Of a stretch of 64,000 nt of DNA, positions 20,324-28,972 are shown piece by piece. The notes beneath the pieces were generated by a model. It worked only from the letters and a program-made list of their open reading frames with translations. It was not told the origin of the DNA and searched no databases. The first letter of the stretch is position 1. Every line of letters begins with the position of its first letter. The stretch is taken from contig JAZRVF010000002.1 in assembly GCA_045599005.1 (NCBI GenBank), positions 19,317 to 83,316 on the forward strand, read 5' to 3'. This DNA is from Treponemataceae bacterium (lineage in GTDB: Bacteria; Spirochaetota; Spirochaetia; Treponematales; Treponemataceae). The position numbers and the translations under genes were made by a program.

Positions 20324-20386
20324 CAAACTTAGATTCTCGCCATCCGTGGCTCGCCGCTTGCCGCGGGGGCTTTAAAAGGAGTATTC

Positions 20387-21970
20387 ATGAAACGTTTATC
20401 CGTAATCTGCATGGCACTGGTAATGCTCTGCAGCACAGTTTTCGTTCTGACAGCCCAGTCTTCGGACGATGCTTTCTTCTGGGATGATTCTGCTTTCTTT
20501 ACAGACAGCGGTTTTGATGATTTTGGCTTTGACACCGGTGATGATTCTTTTTTCTGGGATGATTCTGTTTTCTTTGGTGACGGCAGTTTTGATGACTCTG
20601 GTTTTGCTGACATCACTTTCGGAGAGGACGATGTGCTTTTCTCTGCCGGTGATGACGACTGGTTCGGTGATGACAGCGGAATAGAAGTGTTTGATGAAAA
20701 GACTGTGACCAGTGCAGAGACTGCTGCAGCTGCTGCCGCAGTGTTCAATGCAGGTTCAATCAAAATCGGCGGAAGTTTCAGTTCTTCTGTGTCTTCATCT
20801 GTTGTGCTTTATGCAGACAATGATGACAGTTTCGGAAAGCGGCTTGAGAATGCCACGATTGCGCCTGCTCTGTCAGGAACTGTGTCTCTTGATGCACGGC
20901 CCACAGACAGTCTCCGCATGTACATGAAAGTGGCTCTGGCCTATCCTTTCAACACAACCGGAATGATTCCCTTCGGAACTTCAATTACTCTGTCACCTTC
21001 TGCCGTCCCTATGAAACCTCAGACTCTGCTTTCACCGGTTCCTGTGACAATCAGTAATTTCTTCAATGTAAAGGAAATGTTCACGGACTTCTCTGTAAAT
21101 GACAGAGCATTCTTCCGTTTCGGACTGCACACTGTTTCCTGGGGAACCGGCTACTTTTTCAGCCCTGTGTCAGACATAATCAACACAAGTTCCATTGATC
21201 CCCAGAATACATCGGAGCAGGTCAACGGCAGTCTGAACCTTCGTACACAGGTTATTTTCCCCGGCAGCCAGAACTGTCTGTGGCTTTATGCAATTCCTGC
21301 CGTAGGAAAACTGCAGGACAGTGCCATCGCCGGAAAAGCAGACATTGTGATCGGTGCCTGTGAACTTAGTACTGGAATGTTCTGGAAATACAGGAATGCT
21401 CCGAAAGCCATGCTTACCGTAAGCTCAAGCATTTTCAAGAATGTAAGCGTCTTCGGAGAGGCTGTTTATGAATACGGTGCCGCTTCTGAATGGAAAGCCG
21501 ATGATTCTTTTAAGGACAAAACTTCAATTTTCAAGGCAACTGCCGGATTCAGTTATTACTGGAAAGAGCCTAAAATCATGATGGCCGGTCAGTATTATTA
21601 TGACGGCAACAACAAAGATGATCTGCTGAATGTACAGGGAATCCGCATTCCAAGCCTTACTTACGGACACAACGCGGCTTTTATGGTTTCATTCGGAAAA
21701 ATTCCTTTCCTTGACAAAGTGACAACCTCTATATTCGCAATGGCCAATTTCGGAAGAGAGGATATTCCTGCCGGTTCTCTTGAAGTGCTTGGTTCTCTTG
21801 GAATCCCGGACAGTTTCCTCAGTTCCGGTACGGTTACCGTAAACCTGTCTTACAGTCCTGCGGAAAACATTAATCTTGGTGCGGGCACAGTCCTCACCTG
21901 GAAAGATTTTGATTCCAGACCGGAACTTTCTGTAAAACTTTCCGCAACTCTTGGCGGTGGAAAATTCTAA
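20387..21970 (+). CDS. Putative outer-membrane beta-barrel protein with N-terminal Asp/Phe-rich tract
   Basis: Signal peptide MKRLSVICMALVMLCSTVFVLTAQS, a D/F-rich ~80 aa, then alternating-hydrophobicity segments rich in aromatic residues, ending …LSATLGGGKF (C-terminal Phe, as in many OMPs). Confidence 0.45.
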   Translation: MKRLSVICMALVMLCSTVFVLTAQSSDDAFFWDDSAFFTDSGFDDFGFDTGDDSFFWDDSVFFGDGSFDDSGFADITFGEDDVLFSAGDDDWFGDDSGIEVFDEKTVTSAETAAAAAAVFNAGSIKIGGSFSSSVSSSVVLYADNDDSFGKRLENATIAPALSGTVSLDARPTDSLRMYMKVALAYPFNTTGMIPFGTSITLSPSAVPMKPQTLLSPVPVTISNFFNVKEMFTDFSVNDRAFFRFGLHTVSWGTGYFFSPVSDIINTSSIDPQNTSEQVNGSLNLRTQVIFPGSQNCLWLYAIPAVGKLQDSAIAGKADIVIGACELSTGMFWKYRNAPKAMLTVSSSIFKNVSVFGEAVYEYGAASEWKADDSFKDKTSIFKATAGFSYYWKEPKIMMAGQYYYDGNNKDDLLNVQGIRIPSLTYGHNAAFMVSFGKIPFLDKVTTSIFAMANFGREDIPAGSLEVLGSLGIPDSFLSSGTVTVNLSYSPAENINLGAGTVLTWKDFDSRPELSVKLSATLGGGKF

Positions 21971-21985
21971 TAGAAAGAGGTTTTT

Positions 21986-22888
21986 ATGCCACTGAATTTT
22001 GATGTTCCTGATTATAAGAAAATCCGTGTGATTATTGATACCGATGCAGCCTGTGAGGCAGACGATCCTTTTGCCATTGCCCATGGACTTATGAGTCCTA
22101 AACTGATTGTTAAAGGAATCCTTGCGGAACATTTTAACTGCGAGGGCAGTGTTGAGCGGAGTTACCGGGAGATTCAGACTGTGCTGGAATGCATGGGTAA
22201 AGATGTTCCTTATTTTATGGGACAGAAAGCCGGCATCTCAGAAGACAGAGATGTTTCTCCTGCGGTGGATTTTCTGATTCAGGAAGCCCTGGCGGAAGAT
22301 GACAAACCGCTTTTCGTTCTCTGTCAGGGAGCTATTACAAATCTTGCGGTGGCTCTCGAAAAATGTCCCCGGATCAAGGACAGGATGACGGTCATTTGGA
22401 TCGGAACTCACGGGGCGGCTCCATACAAAGCTCCATGGCGTGAATTCAATGCCGGAAATGATGTTGCCGCGGCGAATCTTGTTCTTGGGTCAGGGGTGAG
22501 ACTCTGGCTTGTTCCTTCAACTGTCTACGGAACAATAACAATCGGAATCGCGGAGATTCAGCGGCGGATTGGTCCATGTGGCCGGATTGGAAAACATCTT
22601 TTTGAACAGCTGGTGGCCTATAACAGTTCAGAAGGAGCCGGCTGGACACAGGGGGAAAGCTGGTCCCTTGGTGATTCACCTGCAATCGCTCTTGCAGTCA
22701 ATCCCAACTGCGGCCAGTACATTGAAGTGCCGGCCCCCGTCATTGCAGAAGATGACACTTCATCCATGATCGGTTCCCTGATGGGAAAGACCATGCCGGT
22801 GGTAAGAATTTACACATCTGTTGATTCCCGTTACATACTGGAAGATCTGATTTCCAAACTTGAACTGAATTATCCGCCTGAAAAATAA
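21986..22888 (+). CDS. Nucleoside hydrolase (inosine/uridine-preferring family)
   Basis: N-terminal VIIDTDAACEADDPFAIAH is a DxDxxxDD-type Ca-binding motif; 300 aa. Confidence 0.75.
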   Translation: MPLNFDVPDYKKIRVIIDTDAACEADDPFAIAHGLMSPKLIVKGILAEHFNCEGSVERSYREIQTVLECMGKDVPYFMGQKAGISEDRDVSPAVDFLIQEALAEDDKPLFVLCQGAITNLAVALEKCPRIKDRMTVIWIGTHGAAPYKAPWREFNAGNDVAAANLVLGSGVRLWLVPSTVYGTITIGIAEIQRRIGPCGRIGKHLFEQLVAYNSSEGAGWTQGESWSLGDSPAIALAVNPNCGQYIEVPAPVIAEDDTSSMIGSLMGKTMPVVRIYTSVDSRYILEDLISKLELNYPPEK

Positions 22889-22896
22889 AGTTTCTG

Positions 22897-22925
22897 TTGA
22901 CTTTTATACCCCCTGGGGGTATATT
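22897..22925 (+). promoter_or_regulatory. csoR-copA promoter with CsoR-type operator in the spacer
   Basis: -35 TTGACT (22897-22902), a 17-nt spacer, -10 TATATT (22920-22925). The 19-nt perfect palindrome TATACCCCCTGGGGGTATA (22905-22923) resembles known CsoR operators (ATACC-N-GGGGTAT type). Confidence 0.65.
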
Positions 22926-22931
22926 CAGGAC

Positions 22932-23261
22932 ATGGAACGGAATAATTGCTGCTGTATGAGTGAACCTACAGCTACAGGGGACGGAACTAAAAAAACTGTC
23001 CGTCATGATGAAGATAAAAAAAGACTTGTTACAAGACTTAGTAAAATTGAAGGGCAAATCCGTGGCATCAAAAACATGGTTGATTCCGATGCCTACTGTA
23101 CAGACATTCTGACTCAGGTGAGTGCAGCCCGCTCTGCCCTGGAGTCTCTTTCAATGGAAATCCTGAAGAATCACATTAACGGCTGTGTAAAACGGGACCT
23201 GAAAGAGGGCAAAGACGAAGTAATTGATGAACTTATCTGGACTCTCCAGAAACTGAAGTGA
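22932..23261 (+). CDS. csoR: CsoR-family copper-sensing transcriptional repressor
   Basis: …RLSKIEGQIRGIKNMV…AYCTDILTQVSAARSAL…NHINGC… carries the Cys-His-Cys ligand pattern. ATG 22932 lies about 7 nt after the -10 (possibly leaderless); alternative ATG at 22956. Confidence 0.85.
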   Translation: MERNNCCCMSEPTATGDGTKKTVRHDEDKKRLVTRLSKIEGQIRGIKNMVDSDAYCTDILTQVSAARSALESLSMEILKNHINGCVKRDLKEGKDEVIDELIWTLQKLK

Positions 23262-23273
23262 GGGAGGACAGAT

Positions 23274-25778
23274 ATGCAAAATTATGAGATTACCGGTATG
23301 AGCTGCGCCGCCTGTGTGGCACGGGTTGAAAAAGCTGTTTCAAAAGTTCCGGGCGTTACAAGCTGTTCTGTGAATCTGCTTACAAACTCAATGGTTCTGG
23401 AAGGAACTGCATCAGAAAGCGAAATCATTTCTGCAGTAGAAGAAGCAGGCTACGGAGCAAAATCAAAAACTGGCGGAAAATCTGCCGAAAAAAAATCGGA
23501 ACAAGATGATTTTTTAAAAGATAAAGAAACACCTTTACTGAAAAAAAGACTTTTCACATCCATTGGATTTCTTGTAGTCCTTATGTATATTTCCATGGGC
23601 CACATGATGTGGAACTGGCCGCTTCCGACTTTTATGGAAGGAAACCATGTGATGATGGGATTAAGCCAGCTTCTTCTTGCGGCCATCATTATGGTTATAA
23701 ACCAGAAATTTTTTGTAAGCGGATTCAAATCACTTTTCCACAGAAGCCCGAACATGGACACTCTGGTTGCCCTGGGTTCTTCCGCTTCATTTATTTACAG
23801 CATAATCATTCTTTTTTTGATGACTCATTTCCAGATGATTGGGGACGCAGAAAAAGTCATGAGCCTGATGGACGAATTCTATTTTGAATCGGCAGCTACA
23901 ATTCTGACTCTTATCACTGTTGGAAAAATGCTTGAAGCAAAATCAAAAGGGAAAACAACAGATGCCCTGAAGTCTCTTATGAAACTTGCTCCTCAGACTG
24001 CAACTGTAATCCGCGACGGAAAAGAAGTGGAAGTTCCTGTTGAAGAAGTAAATGTCGGCGATATTTTTACAGTGCGTCCCGGCGAAAACATTGCAGTGGA
24101 CGGAATTGTTATTGAAGGAACAAGCAGCGTAAACGAAGCAAGCCTTACAGGCGAAAGTATTCCTGCAGAAAAATCTGAAGGAAGCAAAGTTTCAAGCGGA
24201 ACTTCAAACACATCAGGATTTTTGAAATGCCGCGCCACAGCCGTTGGAGGGGAAACATCTCTTTCAAAAATCATCCAGATGGTTTCTGAATCGGCAGCAA
24301 CAAAAGCACCGATTGCAAAAACCGCAGACAAAGTTTCGGGCTTTTTCGTTCCTGTGGTAATCTGCATTTCACTTGTCACAATCGCAGTCTGGCTTTTGCT
24401 TGGAAAAGAAATAGGGTTCGCCCTGGCACGAGGAATCAGCGTACTGGTAATCAGCTGCCCTTGTGCTCTTGGCCTTGCAACTCCTGTTGCAATCATGGTT
24501 GGAAACGGAATTGGAGCCAGAAACGGAATCCTTCTTAAAAACTCAGTAACTTTGGAACAGGCCGGAAAAATCAACGTCGTGGCTTTTGATAAAACAGGAA
24601 CCATTACAAAAGGAACTCCTGAAGTTACAGACATTTTTGAAAGCGGAGCGGCTCTCCTCAGCCTTGCCGCAAGTCTTGAAGCAAAAAGCGAACATCCTCT
24701 TGCAAAAGCAGTTCTTAAAAAAGCTGAAGCCGAAAATATTGAACTTATGGATGTTGCAGACTTCAACGCAGTTTTTGGAAAAGGGCTTGAAGGCGTTATT
24801 GACGGAAAAAAAGTTTTCGGTGGAAACAAAGCTTTCATCGGCGAAAAAACAAAGATTCCAGATGCAGCCTTGGAAAAAGCAGACAGTTTTTCTGAAAACG
24901 GAAAGACACCTTTGTTCTTTGCAACAGAAACAGAATTTCTTGGAATCATTGCAGTTTCAGATACAATCAAAGAAGAAAGCGCCGAAGCAATCAGTCAGCT
25001 AAAAAACATGGGAATCAAAACCATCATGCTTACAGGCGACAATGAAAAAACTGCCCGTGCAATTGCAAATCAGGCTGGCATAGATAAAGTTTATGCAGGA
25101 GTTCTTCCTTCTCAGAAAGCTGAAATAATCAGAGAACTAAAAGCCGAAGGCGTTACCTGCATGACAGGCGACGGAATAAACGACGCTGTGGCACTTACAG
25201 AAGCTGACGTAGGAATTGCCATTGGAACGGGAACAGAAGTTGCCGTTGATGCCGCACAGATTGTTTTGATGAAAGACAGTCTTCTTGATGTTCCTGCCGC
25301 CATCCGCCTCAGCCGCAAGACACTTGTTAACATTAAAGAAAATCTTTTCTGGGCGTTCATCTACAACACAATCGGAATTCCTCTGGCAGCCGGAGTCTTT
25401 ATCAACCTTTTCGGCTGGAAACTGAACCCTATGTTCGGTGCCCTTGCCATGAGTCTTTCAAGTTTCTGCGTTGTTTCAAATGCTCTCAGACTGAATCTTG
25501 CAAAAATCTATGATTCGGGCCGGGACAGAAAAATAAAACCAAAACCAATTGCAAAGGAGTCAGCAAAGATGGAAAAGACCGTAAAAATTGACGGAATGAT
25601 GTGCGGACATTGTGAGGCCCACGTGAAGAAAGCGCTGGAATCAGTTGAAGGCGTTACACAGGCCGTGGCAAGCCATGAAAAAGGAACCGCGGTTGTTACA
25701 CTTTCCAAGGATGTTGCAGACAGTGTTCTGGCAGACGCTGTGAAAGATGCCGGTTACGAAGTGATCAGCATCAGCTGA
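23274..25778 (+). CDS. copA: Copper-translocating P1B-type ATPase
   Basis: N-terminal HMA (GMSCAACVARVEK), the CPC motif (SCPCALGLATP), DKTGTIT, GDGINDA, and a second C-terminal HMA (GMMCGHCEAHVKKA). Confidence 0.95.
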   Translation: MQNYEITGMSCAACVARVEKAVSKVPGVTSCSVNLLTNSMVLEGTASESEIISAVEEAGYGAKSKTGGKSAEKKSEQDDFLKDKETPLLKKRLFTSIGFLVVLMYISMGHMMWNWPLPTFMEGNHVMMGLSQLLLAAIIMVINQKFFVSGFKSLFHRSPNMDTLVALGSSASFIYSIIILFLMTHFQMIGDAEKVMSLMDEFYFESAATILTLITVGKMLEAKSKGKTTDALKSLMKLAPQTATVIRDGKEVEVPVEEVNVGDIFTVRPGENIAVDGIVIEGTSSVNEASLTGESIPAEKSEGSKVSSGTSNTSGFLKCRATAVGGETSLSKIIQMVSESAATKAPIAKTADKVSGFFVPVVICISLVTIAVWLLLGKEIGFALARGISVLVISCPCALGLATPVAIMVGNGIGARNGILLKNSVTLEQAGKINVVAFDKTGTITKGTPEVTDIFESGAALLSLAASLEAKSEHPLAKAVLKKAEAENIELMDVADFNAVFGKGLEGVIDGKKVFGGNKAFIGEKTKIPDAALEKADSFSENGKTPLFFATETEFLGIIAVSDTIKEESAEAISQLKNMGIKTIMLTGDNEKTARAIANQAGIDKVYAGVLPSQKAEIIRELKAEGVTCMTGDGINDAVALTEADVGIAIGTGTEVAVDAAQIVLMKDSLLDVPAAIRLSRKTLVNIKENLFWAFIYNTIGIPLAAGVFINLFGWKLNPMFGALAMSLSSFCVVSNALRLNLAKIYDSGRDRKIKPKPIAKESAKMEKTVKIDGMMCGHCEAHVKKALESVEGVTQAVASHEKGTAVVTLSKDVADSVLADAVKDAGYEVISIS

Positions 25779-25851
25779 TCAGGGGGAAGAAAACTTCTTG
25801 ACCCGGAAGGTGCTGGTCATATTCCGGTGCCTTTCGGGAGGACTGCGAAAA

Positions 25852-26613
25852 ATGAAATACACATACACCAAAAATTACGATACTCCTTATTCAGATGTGG
25901 ACCGTTCCGGGAAACTGGGACTTTGGGAACTGATGAATCTGAATCAGGACATGATCACCGGTTTTTACGGTTCTGTCGGAAGCGACAATGTTATTCTCAA
26001 GGCAAAAAGTAATTCAGCCTGGATCTACACCCGCACAAAAATTAAAATAAATGAGCTTCCATTCTGGAACACAAAGACAAAAGCCGTTGCATACATAACT
26101 TCCATGTCTCCTATCCGGATGGAAATTGAGACAGATCTTTCGGATGAGGACAATAATCTTCTTTTTGTCGCAAAAACTGAAATGTGTGCCATCGATCTCT
26201 GTGAAAGAAAAATCAGAAAAATTGATACTCTGGAATTTCCAAAGGATGTGGAAGTTGAACAGTCCGGAATCATTGAGCCTTTTGCAAAAATGAGGACTGA
26301 ATTTGAGACTTCTGATCTTGCATACACTCAGAAAGTTTTTGCAAGCGATACCGATTTTTCAAAACATACAAACAATGCCAGTTATGTAAAATTCCTGATG
26401 AATACTTTTTCTTCAGAGTTCTACGAAGAAAAATCAGTTTCCGGTTTTGAGATCCAGTTCGCGAAAGAATCAAAGGAAGGTGATCTGCTGGAAGTCTTCA
26501 GAAAGCAGACAGAAAGCCATGAAATCAGTTTCCTTATTAAGAATGGCGACGATACGGTTGTCAAAGCCCTGCTGCATTACACCGATACCGCCAGAGTCCT
26601 GAAAATGGAATAA
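25852..26613 (+). CDS. Acyl-ACP thioesterase family protein (double hotdog)
   Basis: The ORF track starts at TTG 25798. ATG 25852 with a GGGAGG RBS gives MKYTYTKNY…. …SDTDFSKHTNNASYVKF… resembles the D-x-N-x-H-V-N-N-x-x-Y box of FatA/B-type thioesterases. Confidence 0.6.
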   Translation: MKYTYTKNYDTPYSDVDRSGKLGLWELMNLNQDMITGFYGSVGSDNVILKAKSNSAWIYTRTKIKINELPFWNTKTKAVAYITSMSPIRMEIETDLSDEDNNLLFVAKTEMCAIDLCERKIRKIDTLEFPKDVEVEQSGIIEPFAKMRTEFETSDLAYTQKVFASDTDFSKHTNNASYVKFLMNTFSSEFYEEKSVSGFEIQFAKESKEGDLLEVFRKQTESHEISFLIKNGDDTVVKALLHYTDTARVLKME

Positions 26614-26681
26614 GGATCCTGAAGTTTTTTCTTGCCTTTCAATCATTCCGTTACTAGATTGGTGTTGATTGGAGGTAAGGT

Positions 26682-27218
26682 ATGAGACACAGAACTTCAG
26701 AAATCCTGTTGATGTTTGTGTTGGTGGTGCTGGCAGGAAGCATAGTGTCCTGCAATTCCATGAAACTGGATCCTGTACAATCATTTGATGCACAGAAGTA
26801 TCTTGGAAAGTGGTACGAGATTGCCCGGTTTGATTTCAAGTACGAAAAAAATCTGAGCAGAGTTACGGCGGAATATAGTCTGATCGGAAACGGGAAAATA
26901 AAGGTTCTGAACACAGGCTATGATTTTATCAAAGGTGAATGGAAACAGACTGTGGGCAAAGCGAAATTTGCCGGGCCTTTGAACGAAGGCGCACTGAAGG
27001 TTTCATTTTTCGGACCGTTTTACAGCGCATATACGGTGATCGCCCTTGACGAAGATTACAGTTATGCCCTTGTTGCCGGAGCGAACAGGAAACTTCTGTG
27101 GATCCTAAGCCGGACCCCGACAATTCCTGACGAAATCCGGGCCCGGTACCTGGAGATTGCCCAGAAGGCCGGATTCGATACAAGTCTGCTGATCTGGACT
27201 GAGCAGGATCAGTATTAA
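26682..27218 (+). CDS. blc: Bacterial lipocalin (Blc-like outer-membrane lipoprotein)
   Basis: Lipobox …LAGSIVSC, then FDAQKYLGKWYEIARFDFKYEK…, the lipocalin signature. Confidence 0.85.
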   Translation: MRHRTSEILLMFVLVVLAGSIVSCNSMKLDPVQSFDAQKYLGKWYEIARFDFKYEKNLSRVTAEYSLIGNGKIKVLNTGYDFIKGEWKQTVGKAKFAGPLNEGALKVSFFGPFYSAYTVIALDEDYSYALVAGANRKLLWILSRTPTIPDEIRARYLEIAQKAGFDTSLLIWTEQDQY

Positions 27219-27225
27219 AACAGAA

Positions 27226-27278
27226 AAGCCGCAGGACCTGACCGGGCGTTCCAGCCAAGTTCCGCGGCTTTTTTTTGA
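27226..27278 (+). terminator. Rho-independent terminator after blc
   Basis: AAGCCGC (27226-27232) pairs with GCGGCTT (27264-27270), followed by T8. Confidence 0.55.
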
Positions 27279-27319
27279 TATGATCAGTTTTCTGCGGACG
27301 TAAAAGTCTGCAGTCAATA

Positions 27320-28300
27320 TTATCTGCTGCTTACAGTGGTCAATGTTCCGTTGGGAGTCATGACCATGACATCAGAAACTTCTTTTCCGTTCCATGTCTC
27401 GTAATACTTCAGTTTCTCTTCATGAGCCCAGAGCGCTTTCTTTGATTCAGCAGCTTTTGCAATCTGCTCGGCTTCGTAAAGTTCGGCATCGGCAGCAAGT
27501 TTCTTTGCCTCTGCATCAGCCTGGGCTTTTGCAAGGGCAGCAGCGGCTTCACCTTCAGCTTTTGCCAGTGCGGCGGCAGCGGCACCTTCCGCAGCAACTC
27601 TTGTAGCCTCCGCATCAAGACGCTGTGCCTCAAGAGCGGCTTCCGCGGCTTTGATCTGCTTCTGGTTTGACTGTTCTGTAAGGGCAACTTCCTGCTTCAT
27701 CTGCTCAACTTCCTGCTTGCGTGCCATTGTTTTCTTGATCATGTCATCGTATTCCTTTGACCAGTCAATGTTGCTGAGGCGGAAAGACTGGATGCGGATA
27801 GGCAGGCGCTGTACGTCTTTGTCATTCTCCAGTGAGGAGCGGATTCTTTCCTGAACTGTGCTCTGGTTTGTGACAATGTCATCAATGGACCATTTTCCGA
27901 TCTCGTCTTTTACGCAGGATTTGAGTGCTGAACTGAGTGGCTCATAAATGGAATCCTTTGTCTTGTACATTGTGGCAACTTCATAAAGACGGTCAGGATC
28001 GTAAGACCAGTACATCGCAAAGCCAAGTCCCAGTGACTGTTTGTCTGAAGTGACCGGAGCCTCGTTTGAGTCTGCGGAAATATCTTTCTGGTATTCAATG
28101 GGTGTAAGATCCCATGTGAGGACTGACTGCATGAAAGGTGTCTTGAAATGGAGTCCGGGTTCCAGAACTTCTGTGCTGGGTTTTCCCATTGTCACAATGA
28201 TTCCTCTTTCTGTAGGACCGACTGAGGCAAAAGAACTAAGTACCACGACAAGAATCACCACAACTGCAATTATCGGGACAATCAGTTTTTTAATATTCAT
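27320..28300 (-). CDS. SPFH/Band-7 (prohibitin/HflC-like) membrane protein with Ala-rich coiled-coil tail
   Basis: N-terminal TM, then …GPTERGIIVTMGKPSTEVLEPGLHFKTPF… (SPFH domain). The C-terminal region has repeats AAEGAAAAALAKAEGEAAAALAKAQADAEAKK. Confidence 0.8.
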   Translation of the reverse strand: MNIKKLIVPIIAVVVILVVVLSSFASVGPTERGIIVTMGKPSTEVLEPGLHFKTPFMQSVLTWDLTPIEYQKDISADSNEAPVTSDKQSLGLGFAMYWSYDPDRLYEVATMYKTKDSIYEPLSSALKSCVKDEIGKWSIDDIVTNQSTVQERIRSSLENDKDVQRLPIRIQSFRLSNIDWSKEYDDMIKKTMARKQEVEQMKQEVALTEQSNQKQIKAAEAALEAQRLDAEATRVAAEGAAAAALAKAEGEAAAALAKAQADAEAKKLAADAELYEAEQIAKAAESKKALWAHEEKLKYYETWNGKEVSDVMVMTPNGTLTTVSSR

Positions 28301-28346
28301 AAATGTGTCTCCTATGACTGTAATCTGCGCCCGGGATTTCCGGATC

Positions 28347-28388
28347 GCATTTTACTTTGTACAATATTTCCCATGATTGTACAATGAA
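28347..28388. promoter_or_regulatory. Three copies of the palindromic octamer TTGTACAA in a divergent intergenic region
   Basis: TTGTACAA at 28347-28354, 28367-28374 and 28381-28388. The last two sit in a 14-nt tandem TTGTACAATGAAAA. Located between the SPFH gene (minus) and the MGMT-family gene (plus). Confidence 0.4.
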
Positions 28389-28581
28389 AATTGTACAATG
28401 AAAAAAAAGGTTGTGGAATCAGTGAATTGATTTTTACAGTTTAATATTAGACCAAATGTCGAGTTTTCATATTTTTTTCCATTGCAAACAATATACACAA
28501 AACTCGAAATTAAACCTATTATTTTCATGGTGAACGATGATTGCTAAATGCTGGGAAAAGCGTGAAAAGGATAGAAAAACA

Positions 28582-28950
28582 ATGACAGAGCTTGAAATCA
28601 GAATCTACAGAACTGTGGCAGGGATTCCTTCGGGTCAGGTGATGAGTTACGGACAGGTTGCCGAGGCCTGCGGTAATAAGAATCTCTGCCGTGTGGTCGG
28701 AAACACAATGCATAAAAATCCGGTGCCTTTTGTGGAACTTGCAAGAGAGTGCGGCTATGAAGGTGATTTTGTGATCGATCCTGAGCGGGAGAAAGAATTC
28801 CGGGAACTTGGAATTGAGCGGGTTCCTTGTCACAGGGTTGTGGACTCAAAGGGAGCCATGGGAAAAAACTTTGGTCTTGGCGGTCCCGGTGTGCAGGAGA
28901 AAATGCTGCGCTCGGAAGGTTTTGCAGAACCCCATTCCGTGACTTTGTGA
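28582..28950 (+). CDS. Single-domain MGMT-family (methylated-DNA--protein-cysteine methyltransferase DNA-binding domain) protein with internal insertion
   Basis: ORF 28537..28950; probable start ATG 28582 (MTELEIRIY). …IPSGQVMSYGQVAE…RVVGNTMHKNP…VPCHRVV…MLRSEGF retains the PCHR active-site Cys. Confidence 0.7.
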   Translation: MTELEIRIYRTVAGIPSGQVMSYGQVAEACGNKNLCRVVGNTMHKNPVPFVELARECGYEGDFVIDPEREKEFRELGIERVPCHRVVDSKGAMGKNFGLGGPGVQEKMLRSEGFAEPHSVTL

Positions 28951-28972
28951 AAAGGATTTTTGAGGTGAAAAA

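Noticed and set aside
23993-24970. 325-aa minus-strand ORF inside copA
   Set aside because: It is antisense to an unambiguous P-type ATPase (DKTGT and CPC motifs on plus). Its composition is typical of a shadow ORF.
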